Positions 47,830 to 58,297 of a stretch of DNA of 64,000 nt are shown here, piece by piece; within the stretch, counting starts at the first letter, position 1, and each line of letters begins with the position of its first letter. The notes beneath the pieces were generated by a model that did not search any database, was not told the origin of the DNA, and saw only the letters and a program-made list of their open reading frames with translations. Source of the stretch: Nitrospinaceae bacterium (GTDB lineage: Bacteria > UBA8248); assembly GCA_018669005.1 (NCBI GenBank), contig JABJAL010000020.1, positions 3,117 to 67,116 on the forward strand. The letters are read 5' to 3'. A program made the translations under genes and the position numbers.

Positions 47830-49278
47830 TTAATTGTTGCCAGAAGCTCTCTCAGGGGTCGGCGTCGCGCCGGCGGGCTGGTTCATGATGGCATCGCGGC
47901 CACCATGCCGCTCGACCAGTGCCGCCTGGTCCGCCTTCGCCTGCTGATCCACCTCTTCGGGATCGAGAATTTCTCTGAGTTCCGCCTCCATCTCCTTGAG
48001 CGTCGCCTGATGCTCAGGGCTCGATGAGAGATTATTCAACTCCTCGGGGTCGGCCTCGAGATCAAAAAGCTCGGGCTCGTAATTCACATAGTAATTAAAT
48101 TTAAACTTCCCGCGGCGAATCATAAATGAGCCGGTATCGGCACCGGCGGCATGGTATTCGCTGAAGACCACCCGATCCGGGTTATCGGGCCCTTGAACGA
48201 AACCGTAAAGGGATTCACCCGGAAGCGAGGTGTCATAATCATCGAGTTCGACCCCAACCGCCTCAAGAATTGTCGGATAAAAATCGGCGAGTGACACCGG
48301 GGTCGAAACCACCTTTCCCTCGGGAACATCCGGCCCGGATAATATGAGCGGGATGGCGGCGGATTCCTCATACATCGTCCCCTTGCCCCAGGTGCCCCGG
48401 GCGCCCAGATTCTCGCCGTGATCCGAGACGTAGACAATGCGGGTGTTATCTGCTTGACCCGATTTTTCGAGGCTATCGAGCACGAGGCCGATGTTGTGAT
48501 CAAGGAACGTGCAGAGACCAAAATATGAGGCGATGGCGATTCGGCGCTTTTCGTCGTCAAAGTAATAGTCTGAGTCAATGCAATTTCTGAACGCATCGAC
48601 CCAAGGGTGGCGCTCGCCTTCCCTGGCCGGATGCATCTTGGGCATCGGAATCTCATCCACCGGATACATGTCATAAAACTCTTGCGGCGCCTTCATCGGA
48701 AAATGGGGGCTCACCATCGAGACGAACGTCATCCAGGGCCTGTCTGTTTGCGTGGGCGCCACGTTCTCGAGCCAGTGGCAGGATTTCTCTACAATATCGA
48801 GATCGTAGTTCGAATAGCTCGTTGGCCCGCCTCCAATCTCGCGGGCAAGCGCCTTGGCGCCCTGCACCGGCAGTGGGTCACGCACCGAGCCCGGCAGGCT
48901 GCCCACCCCCTCGCGCACGTGCATGGGCACCACCTGCTCATCGAAACCCGTGGGGTCCTCGGTGTTGCGGTAGTGGAGCTTTCCGATGGATATGACGGGA
49001 ACATCATTGTCCTGAAGACGGTGCCCCCAGCTTGGCACCTCTCCCATATAGGGATGCGCGTTGTCCCAGTTTCCAATTTCGTGGATGTAGCGCCCGGTAG
49101 CGAATCCGGCGCGCGCCGGCGTGCAAATGGGACAGTTCGTGTAGGCGTTCTCAAAGCGAGTGCCCGAGGCAGCTAGCCGGTCGATGTTCGGCGTTTTCAC
49201 GATCGGATGACCGTAGCAGCCCGACGCCTTGACGCTGTGCTCATCCGACATGATGAAGAGCAGATTCATTGGCTCCAA
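47830..49278 (-). CDS. Sulfatase (choline-sulfatase-like)
   Basis: FIMSDEH, TPNIDRLA, CTPAR (CxPxR), GKLH, PHFP, SDHG, ELFDLEADPEE. Confidence 0.93.
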   Translation of the reverse strand: MEPMNLLFIMSDEHSVKASGCYGHPIVKTPNIDRLAASGTRFENAYTNCPICTPARAGFATGRYIHEIGNWDNAHPYMGEVPSWGHRLQDNDVPVISIGKLHYRNTEDPTGFDEQVVPMHVREGVGSLPGSVRDPLPVQGAKALAREIGGGPTSYSNYDLDIVEKSCHWLENVAPTQTDRPWMTFVSMVSPHFPMKAPQEFYDMYPVDEIPMPKMHPAREGERHPWVDAFRNCIDSDYYFDDEKRRIAIASYFGLCTFLDHNIGLVLDSLEKSGQADNTRIVYVSDHGENLGARGTWGKGTMYEESAAIPLILSGPDVPEGKVVSTPVSLADFYPTILEAVGVELDDYDTSLPGESLYGFVQGPDNPDRVVFSEYHAAGADTGSFMIRRGKFKFNYYVNYEPELFDLEADPEELNNLSSSPEHQATLKEMEAELREILDPEEVDQQAKADQAALVERHGGRDAIMNQPAGATPTPERASGNN

Positions 49279-49425
49279 AATAATCCCTCCAACCAGCTAA
49301 AAGATACCGCACCCTTGAACACACCAAAAACAGCCCTTTTCTTGCGGCATAAAACAACAAACCGGTTGCAACCGCCCGGCTCATCGAAATGAGAATTATC
49401 TAACTCAAACAATCCCCATTATTCT

Positions 49426-49911
49426 TCAATCTTTCAGTTCAATGCGAACGCCCTCGAAAGGCCGAGTATCGATATTCTCGACCGCGTGGATGCCCTCGGG
49501 CTCTATCCAGTGGGGCACCCCTTCCCGCCTCCCGCCGGTGCGCGGGGTGGAGGAGCCGTCCTCAAGATAATAATTAACCTCCGGAAAGCTATTGATGATG
49601 AAAACACTCGACCACCTATGGGTGTGCATATTCTCGCGCTCGCCCGGCTTCACCAGGACATTAACCACCCGGACCTTATCGTTTTCAAAAACCACTTCGT
49701 GATGCTCGGGCGCGGCGATAACCGCGTCATAATTCTCGGGCGTGCCTAGAATGAATGGCGGCCTCCCGGGCCTGTCGTCTTTTGTAGCCGATTCTTCTCC
49801 CAAAATACTCCCCTTTTTTAAAATCTTCCCCCCCGTGGGCACCATAAAAACGCCGCCAAACGTATGAAAACTATGGGACACGAGGATCAAATTGATGTCA
49901 GACTGAGGCAC
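49426..49911 (-). CDS. Cupin-like protein (true start probably further downstream)
   Basis: DAVIAAPEHH.V.FENDKVRV...PGE...HTH.W...H.VEN. Confidence 0.75.
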   Translation of the reverse strand: MPQSDINLILVSHSFHTFGGVFMVPTGGKILKKGSILGEESATKDDRPGRPPFILGTPENYDAVIAAPEHHEVVFENDKVRVVNVLVKPGERENMHTHRWSSVFIINSFPEVNYYLEDGSSTPRTGGRREGVPHWIEPEGIHAVENIDTRPFEGVRIELKD

Positions 49912-50737
49912 CAGCGGTGCGCGTCTCCTTGTTTACGGGGGCGCGCGAGTGGCCTATCTCATTATTCTTAGCTCGCGTTCTGAAAAGAACCGAAATTTTC
50001 TTTCCCGTCTGAACAACCTTTCGAATAATCTGATCCTGGCGACTTTTCGATATTCCCGTATAGGGCATCGCCGCCACGAGTATTGCCAGCAAATTACCAT
50101 TTGGACACAAAATGGGCGCGGCAACACCGAAGATATCGGGATAATGCTCCCCCTTACTCACGGCATAGCCCTGCTTTCGAATCCGCACCAACTCCTTTTC
50201 AACATCCTCTCTTCGCGTAATTGAATTTTCAGTGTATCGGCGCAGACCATGTTCCCGGATTAATCGATCAAGCCTATCGAAGGGCAAGTAGGCCGAGAAA
50301 AGCTTGGCCCCTGAGCCAACGAAATGCCACGTCCGCCGATTACCATGGAGCGAGTGCACACGGAGCCTGCCAGGGCTCTCGATGGTCTCGACAACCACAG
50401 TCACATCACCGTCCTCCACACGAATGGAAACGGTTGCCTGAATCTCAGAAGCCAGATTTTCAAGAAGGGGTCGCGCCTCGGGAACCAGATTGATGCGCCT
50501 TCCCGCCTCAACCCCGAGTTCAAACGCGCCAAAGCCAAGTGAATACTTGGTCGAGTCCGGACACATCTGAAGGAAACCGGCATCCACCAGGGTCTTGAGG
50601 GTGCGGTGAACCTGATTTTTATGCAGGCCCAACTCCCGGGCTATATCGCTCACCCCCCACTCAGGCTGATGCTCCTTGAAGATACCGAGTATTTCGAGCC
50701 CCCGTCTAAGGCCCTCGGAGCGATTCGCCTCTCCCAT
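49898..50737 (-). CDS. IclR family transcriptional regulator
   Basis: RGLEIL, HTH SDIARELGLHK..VHR.L.TL, IRKQGYAVS, VAAPI. Confidence 0.92.
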   Translation of the reverse strand: MGEANRSEGLRRGLEILGIFKEHQPEWGVSDIARELGLHKNQVHRTLKTLVDAGFLQMCPDSTKYSLGFGAFELGVEAGRRINLVPEARPLLENLASEIQATVSIRVEDGDVTVVVETIESPGRLRVHSLHGNRRTWHFVGSGAKLFSAYLPFDRLDRLIREHGLRRYTENSITRREDVEKELVRIRKQGYAVSKGEHYPDIFGVAAPILCPNGNLLAILVAAMPYTGISKSRQDQIIRKVVQTGKKISVLFRTRAKNNEIGHSRAPVNKETRTAGASV

Positions 50738-50757
50738 ACCAAAACTCCTGTCATGCC

Positions 50758-50774
50758 GTTCACATTATGTGTAC
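50758..50774. promoter_or_regulatory. Candidate IclR operator palindrome
   Basis: GTTCACATTATGTGTAC imperfect palindrome about 20 bp upstream of the IclR start. Confidence 0.4.
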
Positions 50775-51002
50775 ATCATCAATCTATATGTGTAAGTTCA
50801 GTTTCCGACTTCAACTACCATGAGTCAACCTATCCTCGGGCAAAATACCTTATCTTATTCAGTAACAATAACTTACGCTTCACATCTACCTACGACAGAT
50901 TCCCGGCTGTAGGATATGGTATGATAAACCATACTTATAAGGCGAGCGTCTTCGTCTCGATGTTTTCTAGCCTAATCTTTCTATTTAACGGAGACCTTAA
51001 AA

Positions 51003-53288
51003 GTGGCAGATCACGATATTCTCGGAAAAAGATATGCCCGCGATGATGGGAACGATATGGTCTCTGGTGATGCACTCTTCGTTGAGGACATCGAACCAGG
51101 CAGGCTCCTTTACGGTGCAGTGGTTCGTGCCGGTAGGCCCCATGCACGCATCCTCAACGTGGATACCGCCAAGGCCGCTCGTGCAAAGGGCGTCGTATGT
51201 GTCCTTACCGCCGAGGACATCCCCAACAATCGCTACGGACCCTCCTTTCCCGATCAACGACTCCTCTGTGATGATAAGGTGCGCTACGAGGGAGACCCCG
51301 TTGTCGCCCTTTGTGCCGAGAGTTGGGAGGAGGCCGAAGAGGCGGCCCGTCTGGTCAACGTCAAATACGAAGACCTGCCCGCCGTGCTGACCGCAGAGCA
51401 AGCCTTGGAGGAGGGCAGCCCCCTTGTCCACGAAACGCATCCCACGGGCAACCTCGTTACCGAGGGAAAAGTAATTCGGGGCGACGTTGAGGCCGGATTT
51501 GCCGAGGCCGACATCGTTGTCGAGGAGTGCTACCACTCGCAGGCGCAGGAGCATGCCTCGATAGAGCCACATCTTTGCATGGCACAGTTGGAAAGCAACG
51601 GTCGCCTGACGATCCACGTATCGACCCAAACTCCGTTTCGTATCCGGGGCGATCTGGCCAAGGTTCTTGGCCTGCCCCTCACGAAGGTTCGCGTCCTGAG
51701 CGCCACCGCTGGCGGCGCCTTCGGCGGCAAACACGAAATTATGCTTGAGGCCTTCGCCTCGATATGCGCCATGCGCACCCGGCGACCCGTGAAATTTCGC
51801 ATGTCTCGCGAGGAGGAATTCACCGCCTCGACCGTACGCCACCCCTTCAAGATGAACTACAAGACCGGTGTGACGCGGGACGGAAAGATCACCGCCGTCG
51901 AGATCAAACTGCTTCTGAACGGCGGGGCCTATGCCTCGGCAGGTGGTGGCGTGGCCGCCAAAGCGGCGCTCATGGGACCGGGCCCCTACAAGATAGACAA
52001 CATTCGCGCCGAATTCGCTCTCACCTATACCAACAACGGTTTCGCCGGCGCCGTCAGGGGATTCGGCGCCACCCAAACGTGCTACGCCTGCGAGCGCCAC
52101 ATGGACCTCATAGCACGCAAGTTGAACATGGACCCGCTTGAGCTAAGACGTCGCAACGCCATGAAAACAGGCGACCCGGCCCATAGTGGCGATGCCATCA
52201 CGAGTTGCGGACTAGGCGAGACGATGGACACCGCCACGAAGGCGGTGGACTGGGACAACATTGGTCGCGGCGCAAAATCCGCCTGCGGCACGAAACGACG
52301 GGGACGCGGAATGGCCGCGATGATTTATCCGGTTGCCGGTTTCGGCAATGCCACACCCAGCGCCGCCTTCTCCCGCGTGAACGAAGACGGCACCCTGACC
52401 GTCATCGTCGGCATCACAGACGTTGGCCAGGGCTCGAACGTTGTCCTCCGACAAGTGGCCGCAGAGGAATTAGGCATCCCGATGGAGCATGTCTCACTTA
52501 TCAACGGTGACACTTCAGTTTCTCCGTTTGATCCGGGCTCAACGGGCAGCCGCATTTCCCATCTCGGCGGCAAGGCAGTCAAAATTGCGGTAAGCAAGGT
52601 GAAAGCGCAGCTTCTAGACAAAGCCGCCGGCATGATGGAGGCCGCCCCCGAGGATTTACGTATCAGAAACAGCATGGTCTATGTCGAGGGCTCGCCAGAT
52701 CGAAAGATTCCGCTTAAAGAGGTCGCCCTAGCCTGCCACAAGGCATCCGAATTAGTTGTCAGCGAGGGCACCCACAAGTCGCAAGACCTCGGCGTGGACA
52801 AGACAACCCATCAGGGCAAGGGCTTTGAGTGCTATGTTTTCGCTACACAGTGTGCCGAGGTCGAGGTGGATATAGAAACAGGTGAATACCGCGTTCTACA
52901 TCTTGCCGCCTCGCATGACGTGGGAACCGCCATCAACCCGATGAACGTTGAAGGGCAAATAGAAGGCGGTGCGAGCATGGGCTACGGCTTGGGGCTTATG
53001 GAAGAGATCCAGATGAAGGATGGGCGTGTGCAAAACCCCTATTTCATGGATTATCACATTCCAACACCGACAGACATGCCGGAAAAATTCACCTCAATAA
53101 TTGTCCAAACCAACGAGCCAAGAGGCCCCTTCGGGGTCAAGGGCGTGGCAGAGCCATCCGTAAACCCAACGGCTCCTGCTGTTGTAAACGCGCTGTGCGA
53201 CGCCATCGGCGCGGAGATCACCGATCTTCCGGCAACGCCTGAGGCTGTTTTAAGGGCTTTGCAGAACAAAACTAAGACTATTTCGTAA
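51003..53288 (+). CDS. Xanthine dehydrogenase family molybdopterin-binding subunit
   Basis: PHARI, HASIEPH, GGAFGGK, RGFGATQ, GQG, GQIEGG, KGVAEP. Confidence 0.93.
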   Translation: MADHDILGKRYARDDGNDMVSGDALFVEDIEPGRLLYGAVVRAGRPHARILNVDTAKAARAKGVVCVLTAEDIPNNRYGPSFPDQRLLCDDKVRYEGDPVVALCAESWEEAEEAARLVNVKYEDLPAVLTAEQALEEGSPLVHETHPTGNLVTEGKVIRGDVEAGFAEADIVVEECYHSQAQEHASIEPHLCMAQLESNGRLTIHVSTQTPFRIRGDLAKVLGLPLTKVRVLSATAGGAFGGKHEIMLEAFASICAMRTRRPVKFRMSREEEFTASTVRHPFKMNYKTGVTRDGKITAVEIKLLLNGGAYASAGGGVAAKAALMGPGPYKIDNIRAEFALTYTNNGFAGAVRGFGATQTCYACERHMDLIARKLNMDPLELRRRNAMKTGDPAHSGDAITSCGLGETMDTATKAVDWDNIGRGAKSACGTKRRGRGMAAMIYPVAGFGNATPSAAFSRVNEDGTLTVIVGITDVGQGSNVVLRQVAAEELGIPMEHVSLINGDTSVSPFDPGSTGSRISHLGGKAVKIAVSKVKAQLLDKAAGMMEAAPEDLRIRNSMVYVEGSPDRKIPLKEVALACHKASELVVSEGTHKSQDLGVDKTTHQGKGFECYVFATQCAEVEVDIETGEYRVLHLAASHDVGTAINPMNVEGQIEGGASMGYGLGLMEEIQMKDGRVQNPYFMDYHIPTPTDMPEKFTSIIVQTNEPRGPFGVKGVAEPSVNPTAPAVVNALCDAIGAEITDLPATPEAVLRALQNKTKTIS

Positions 53289-53291
53289 GGA

Positions 53292-54128
53292 TTATTTGAG
53301 CGCGGGACCCACTGGCCACTCAAGGGCCGAAACGCCTATGAACCATTTGGGCTCCGGGCGATAACAGAGAAGCTTCGCCTTCGTGTCACCTGCCATAGCG
53401 GCGGCGGATAGCCAGTTTCGTAGCTCGTTTCCACCGTTTCCCCCAGCATCGATTTGCTCCTGGCTCCATCCGGCAAGGCTCTTGGCATCACCCGCCTCAA
53501 GCGGCCGGATGACCGACATGTCCCACTCTTCATCAATACGGCCAAGCTCCGGGGTGCCAATCCAATGCGCTGGCGCGCCGGTTGCCAGAACGGCCACGCG
53601 CTCCACCTTATCGTAGGCCTCAACCGCATGGCGCACGGCAATTCCGAGTTGATAGGCCCGGCGGGCCGGAGCAAGAGGCGGCGCAACGGTATTTTGCAGT
53701 ATCGGCACCAACGGAATTGCCGGGTCGCCCATCAGGACAAGCGGCGAGACTATCGAATGATCGAGATCTATTTCCTGGCACATCGCCGGATCGAAGTCGC
53801 TTTCAAGTAGCGATTCCACTAAATGTAGACCGAGATCGGGATCTCCCCTCCGGCCGCCATCCGGCTCTGGCATATACGCCTCGCTCGCCACATTACGAAA
53901 CACGGGTTGCACACCAACCGCCAGCGAGGGATGCCGATCCAGGAAAAGTGAGTGGAGGTGATCGTTTTCGAAAACGATTAGCGCCTGGGCGCCCCGATCC
54001 AGCATCGCCTTTCCGATACCCTCGTAGCAGGCGAAAACCTCATCGCGCACCTCTTGCGAAGGCTCATCATGCCGCAAAAGGAAAAGAGGGGTATGGGTAG
54101 CTGCATAAACACCGACAACCTCAGCCAT
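53292..54128 (-). CDS. Extradiol ring-cleavage dioxygenase, LigB-type catalytic subunit
   Basis: ATHTP, NDH, LDH...PL, ATG..AHW, GNELRNW. Confidence 0.87.
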   Translation of the reverse strand: MAEVVGVYAATHTPLFLLRHDEPSQEVRDEVFACYEGIGKAMLDRGAQALIVFENDHLHSLFLDRHPSLAVGVQPVFRNVASEAYMPEPDGGRRGDPDLGLHLVESLLESDFDPAMCQEIDLDHSIVSPLVLMGDPAIPLVPILQNTVAPPLAPARRAYQLGIAVRHAVEAYDKVERVAVLATGAPAHWIGTPELGRIDEEWDMSVIRPLEAGDAKSLAGWSQEQIDAGGNGGNELRNWLSAAAMAGDTKAKLLCYRPEPKWFIGVSALEWPVGPALK

Positions 54129-54406
54129 CAGCTCACACCTCCCTGCGGCTCATAAAAAGAGAGCCCCTCAAGCGCAGCCCTGTATTCATCGTCGCTAATT
54201 CCCTTCCAGATTTGATAAACCCGGAGAAGGTAAGGATTCACACCCATGTTCCAGAGCGCACGAACATCCCCGTCTTTTACGGCGGAAAGCTCCTTGGCCG
54301 AGAGATTGAACGTTTCGATAAACGCTTCGGGATCCTGATCGAAGAGGGCCCGCTTGTCGGGAAACTGAATTTCGTGGACCAGTTTATTCAACTGATAATG
54401 AAGCAT
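54128..54406 (-). CDS. LigA-type dioxygenase small subunit
   Basis: F..DPEA....FNLS..E..AV...D...L...GVNPYLL; TGATG overlap with the LigB-type gene. Confidence 0.82.
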   Translation of the reverse strand: MLHYQLNKLVHEIQFPDKRALFDQDPEAFIETFNLSAKELSAVKDGDVRALWNMGVNPYLLRVYQIWKGISDDEYRAALEGLSFYEPQGGVS

Positions 54407-54566
54407 TATACGCCTCATACGCACAAGAAACGCGCCAGCCCGAAAATGGGAAGCTTAAAAAAATCACCCCCCCCTGGCGGGAAGGAACAAACATCAATTA
54501 TCCAGCAAAAAAAACCAGAGACTGCCTAGCTATGAAATTCCAGGACAGCGCCCCGAGGCATACTGC

Positions 54567-55820
54567 CTAGACGGAAACTTTCTCGCCGCCTGTTCCCGAA
54601 CCGAGACCCGCATCAAGACTCAGGCCTCGCATTACTTTGAGCTTTTTCATGATGATGCCGCCGTCGCTGTGGAGCATGTTGTAGGCGTTTCGTAGATACA
54701 TTTCGATGGGCAACTCGCGCATGACGCCCATGCCGCCATGAATCTCCATCGCGTCCCGCGTCACATCACAGGCCGCCTCGTGGGCGAAATAACTCGCCGA
54801 GCCTGCCATCTTCAAGTCGACAGGCAACTTGTCGCGATCGTCGATTTGCCGTGACGCCTGCCAGATATAGGCCCGCGCGGCGTTGATCTGGGTATACATC
54901 TCGACGAGTTTGAGGCCGATAGCCTGGTGGTGAATGAGCAGCTTCCCACTCGCCTTGCGGTTGCTCGCATACTCCAGGGTCGCCTCATAGGCCGCACGCG
55001 CCAGCCCCACCATCGCCGCCGCATTTATCAGGCTGTCTCCGCCCCGGAGGTGGCTGTTGATATTCACGATGCCGTAATTCTCAGGGCCAAGACGGTTCGC
55101 AACGGGTACCTTGGCGTCCGTGAATATCATCTCCCGGTTGAGGTTCAGACGATAACCCATCTTGTCATGCACCCGCCCAAAAGAGAGCCCCGGGGTGTCG
55201 ATCGGCACCATAAGCAGGGTCGAGCCCTCGAGGATATTTTTAGTCGGGTCAGTACGGACATAAACAAAGTTCAGCTTGGCGTAGCCGACATTCGAGATAA
55301 AGCGTTTGCGACCGTTCAAAATATAATGGTCGCCCTCGCGCACCGCCCGCGTACGGAAACCACCGTCCACCCCGTCGTAGGGCAATAGGTTTTCCGAGCC
55401 CGTGTCGTCCTCGGTCATGGCCTGGGTGATCAGAAATGTGGGATCGTCAACAAAAGCCTTGAGCCATTTATCGCGCTGCTCCTTGGTGGCCAGCGCTTCG
55501 GCCATGAGGAGATGGGATATTTTCGCGCACGAGAGGAGCATGCCCACCACGCCCCGGTCGCCCCAACCAAGCTCCTCGCCAACGACACAATGGGTGAACA
55601 AGCTAGTAATGCCGCCACCGCCATATTCCTCGGGGATGGTCATCGTCCGAAAACCCGCCGCGTCAGCTTTCTCAAGCAAGGTATCCATGAAGGCGCTCTT
55701 TGCCGGATCGGGATTATGGTCCAAATCCATGGCGACGGGACGAATTTCCTTTACCGCGAATTCATGGGCCAGTTTTTGTAGTGCCAACTGCTCTTCAGTC
55801 ATATACGCATCAACAAACAT
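54567..55820 (-). CDS. Acyl-CoA dehydrogenase family protein
   Basis: PEEYGGGG, MTE..TGS, LNGRKRFISN, DKMGYR, IHGGMGVM. Confidence 0.88.
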   Translation of the reverse strand: MFVDAYMTEEQLALQKLAHEFAVKEIRPVAMDLDHNPDPAKSAFMDTLLEKADAAGFRTMTIPEEYGGGGITSLFTHCVVGEELGWGDRGVVGMLLSCAKISHLLMAEALATKEQRDKWLKAFVDDPTFLITQAMTEDDTGSENLLPYDGVDGGFRTRAVREGDHYILNGRKRFISNVGYAKLNFVYVRTDPTKNILEGSTLLMVPIDTPGLSFGRVHDKMGYRLNLNREMIFTDAKVPVANRLGPENYGIVNINSHLRGGDSLINAAAMVGLARAAYEATLEYASNRKASGKLLIHHQAIGLKLVEMYTQINAARAYIWQASRQIDDRDKLPVDLKMAGSASYFAHEAACDVTRDAMEIHGGMGVMRELPIEMYLRNAYNMLHSDGGIIMKKLKVMRGLSLDAGLGSGTGGEKVSV

Positions 55821-55934
55821 TTACGCCTCCCACCCAGCGACAAAAACCAAACCATCTCCCGCCGCATCGGGTAATTAAAAAAATCAAAAGATGATTTCTG
55901 TTGTACCGAGCTTTATCTCTTTCTTCATCAGCAA

Positions 55935-57089
55935 TTAATTCACAACTGCGATTTCTTCATCGCAATCATTCAACATCTCAAGCCTATCGGCATGAAGGAA
56001 ATACGACTCTCCCACAAAAAGCTGGCGCCAGTCCCCGGTGGCCGTCATCGGATGCACAGTAAGGAGCAACCCCGGCTCAATGATACGCTTGTTGTCGAGA
56101 TTCATGATGGACTCGCTCAGATCAAGCCCTGTGGTGTGTGCGCTGCCGACTCCCTTCATGGGATAGCCGTGCTTCTCAAACGCCTCGGTTATCACCTCAG
56201 CCACCGAAGTGAATGTCTCGCCTGTTTTAATCTGCGCCAGGGCGACCCGTTTGGCATCGAGACAGGCCTCATGCGCCTTTTGAATATACTCGGGCGGCTC
56301 GCCAAAGGACACCAGACGCACCACCTGATTCCAATAGCCCTCGACACGCGGCGTAATTTCAAGAAGAGCGAGATCCCCTTTTTGGAATTTCCGCGCCGTT
56401 GGAGAGACAACAAATCCTCTAAAAATATCATCTTCCTCATCTGGTCGTCCGGCATCAGGGCGACCGGCGCCCAGCATGTTGAAATACCCGTCCGCACCCT
56501 CAGCGGTCATAACCCGTTCAAGTTCAGCCTTCCACTCAAACTCGCTCAACCCGGGCCGGAGTATTTCGAGCGAGCGCCGCCAGCCTAAATCACCAACCCG
56601 TGCGCCCCGCCGGGCCGCCTCTAATTCCTCTTCGCTCTTTTTCTCGCGAGCATCAAAAACAGCGAAAACGCCATCGACAAGCTCCGCACCAGATAACTTC
56701 CCGCGAATCTCGTTCATATCCTCTGAGGGAATGGCAGAGAAACTCGAAATGCCGATTTTGCCGCTCGCAGCTTTTAAGCTGCTCACGTGGGCACACAACT
56801 CCCCAACCGGATTCCCGGTAAGACGCATGTCCTCAATCCAACCAGGACGCCGAGCGTCGAGAAGCTGATTCTCGCCCGGAATAAACGCCACGGGCTCACC
56901 CTCAAGAGGAAAATAAACAGCCGCCGAGGCGAAGATCGGACAATAATCAGTAAGATAGGAGAAGTTTCCCCGCCATTGGCCACCAACGCCCGTGCTTCCA
57001 TAGACAATAAGGGCATCGAGACCTGCTGTTTCCATGCTGACGCGGACGGCCTGGTAGCGACGGTCACGTTCATTTAAAGAAAATCCCAA
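55935..57089 (-). CDS. M24/creatinase-fold protein
   Basis: FSLNERDRR, REKKSEEE, LEITP..EGYW.Q, HTTGLD, TVHP. Confidence 0.82.
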   Translation of the reverse strand: MGFSLNERDRRYQAVRVSMETAGLDALIVYGSTGVGGQWRGNFSYLTDYCPIFASAAVYFPLEGEPVAFIPGENQLLDARRPGWIEDMRLTGNPVGELCAHVSSLKAASGKIGISSFSAIPSEDMNEIRGKLSGAELVDGVFAVFDAREKKSEEELEAARRGARVGDLGWRRSLEILRPGLSEFEWKAELERVMTAEGADGYFNMLGAGRPDAGRPDEEDDIFRGFVVSPTARKFQKGDLALLEITPRVEGYWNQVVRLVSFGEPPEYIQKAHEACLDAKRVALAQIKTGETFTSVAEVITEAFEKHGYPMKGVGSAHTTGLDLSESIMNLDNKRIIEPGLLLTVHPMTATGDWRQLFVGESYFLHADRLEMLNDCDEEIAVVN

Positions 57090-57265
57090 GACTAAAGCTC
57101 CTTAATTTATTCAGAATTTGGTATGGATGTGCAGTTCATATTTAAGGCCTCTGCGTCTATAATCATAATACTTCAGATACTTTGGTTCAAACCAATTCGA
57201 GGCCAGAGGCCCCAGAATAAGGTATCGCCCCAGCCGAGCACGTTATTTAAGGAAAGGCGAGATAA

Positions 57266-58270
57266 ATGACAAACGAGGTTTCAGAAAATCAAATCTATTT
57301 GGCGCTGGCCGGAGACATCGAAATTCACCGCGAAGACCCCGAGAAGGTATTCGATCTCATCCTTCCCGAACTGAATAAAGCCGACATCCGCTTCGGCGGC
57401 CTTGAGGCTTCGATGTCCGAGAAGGGCACAGCCACGACAGGTAAAATCACCATGCGCCACCATCCAGATATGATAGAGGGCTACATCGCAGGAGGATTCG
57501 ACACGGTTGCCTTCGCCAGCAATCATTGTATGGATTATGGGCTGGAGCCCTTCGTCGAGACGATGGAGCTGTTGGAGAAACGCGGCATCGCCTTCTCCGG
57601 CTCGGGACGAGACATCGCCGAAGCGCGCACCCCGGTCATCATCGAGCGCAAAGGCGTGCGGGTCGGCTTTCACACCTATGTACTCAACTTGCCCATGGGC
57701 TGGGGTGCGAATCCAAGAAAACCGGGCGTCGCACCTATCCGCCAAGACCCCCTCTTTGGTCCCCCCTATGTCGACGAAGACGAACTTGAGGCCATGGCCG
57801 AGGACATAAAGAAAACGCGGAGCCATGTTGATGTCCTCCTCACGACCTTCCATTGGGGATCGAGCCAAAGCCGCACCATGACCCTCTCGCAGCAGGCAGC
57901 GGCACACACCGCTATCGATGCCGGGGCAGACCTTATCATTGGCCAACACCCGCATATTCTCCAAGGAATCGAAATCTACAAGGGAAAAGCGATATGCCAT
58001 GCCCTGGGCAACCTTGTTCTCGATCACGATCATCCCATGTTCCTGCCCACGGTGAAGGAATCGATTCTCGTAAAATGCATAATCGAGGACAAGAAGATCA
58101 GCCGCCTTTCTTTTGTACCTGTCATGATCGGCGAGGATGGGCGCCCCTCTATTCAAAACGAGGGGGACGAGATGTGCGGGGTGATTCTCGGAACGATGGA
58201 CAGAATTTCTAAAAAGCTGGGCACCAACCTTAAAATATCAGGGAACGAGGCTACAATCTTAGGTGATTAG
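57266..58270 (+). CDS. CapA (PGA_cap) family metallophosphoesterase-like protein
   Basis: AGDI, ASNHCMDYG, HWG, IDAGADLIIGQHPHILQGIE, LGN. Confidence 0.9.
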   Translation: MTNEVSENQIYLALAGDIEIHREDPEKVFDLILPELNKADIRFGGLEASMSEKGTATTGKITMRHHPDMIEGYIAGGFDTVAFASNHCMDYGLEPFVETMELLEKRGIAFSGSGRDIAEARTPVIIERKGVRVGFHTYVLNLPMGWGANPRKPGVAPIRQDPLFGPPYVDEDELEAMAEDIKKTRSHVDVLLTTFHWGSSQSRTMTLSQQAAAHTAIDAGADLIIGQHPHILQGIEIYKGKAICHALGNLVLDHDHPMFLPTVKESILVKCIIEDKKISRLSFVPVMIGEDGRPSIQNEGDEMCGVILGTMDRISKKLGTNLKISGNEATILGD

Positions 58271-58297
58271 TATTTCTCTTTTCGAGGAGCCGGCGCT

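Noticed and set aside
50997..52100. 367-aa minus-strand ORF
   Set aside because: Antisense shadow of the motif-rich Mo-hydroxylase gene; no recognisable motifs.
57281..58156. 291-aa minus-strand ORF
   Set aside because: Antisense shadow of the CapA-family gene.
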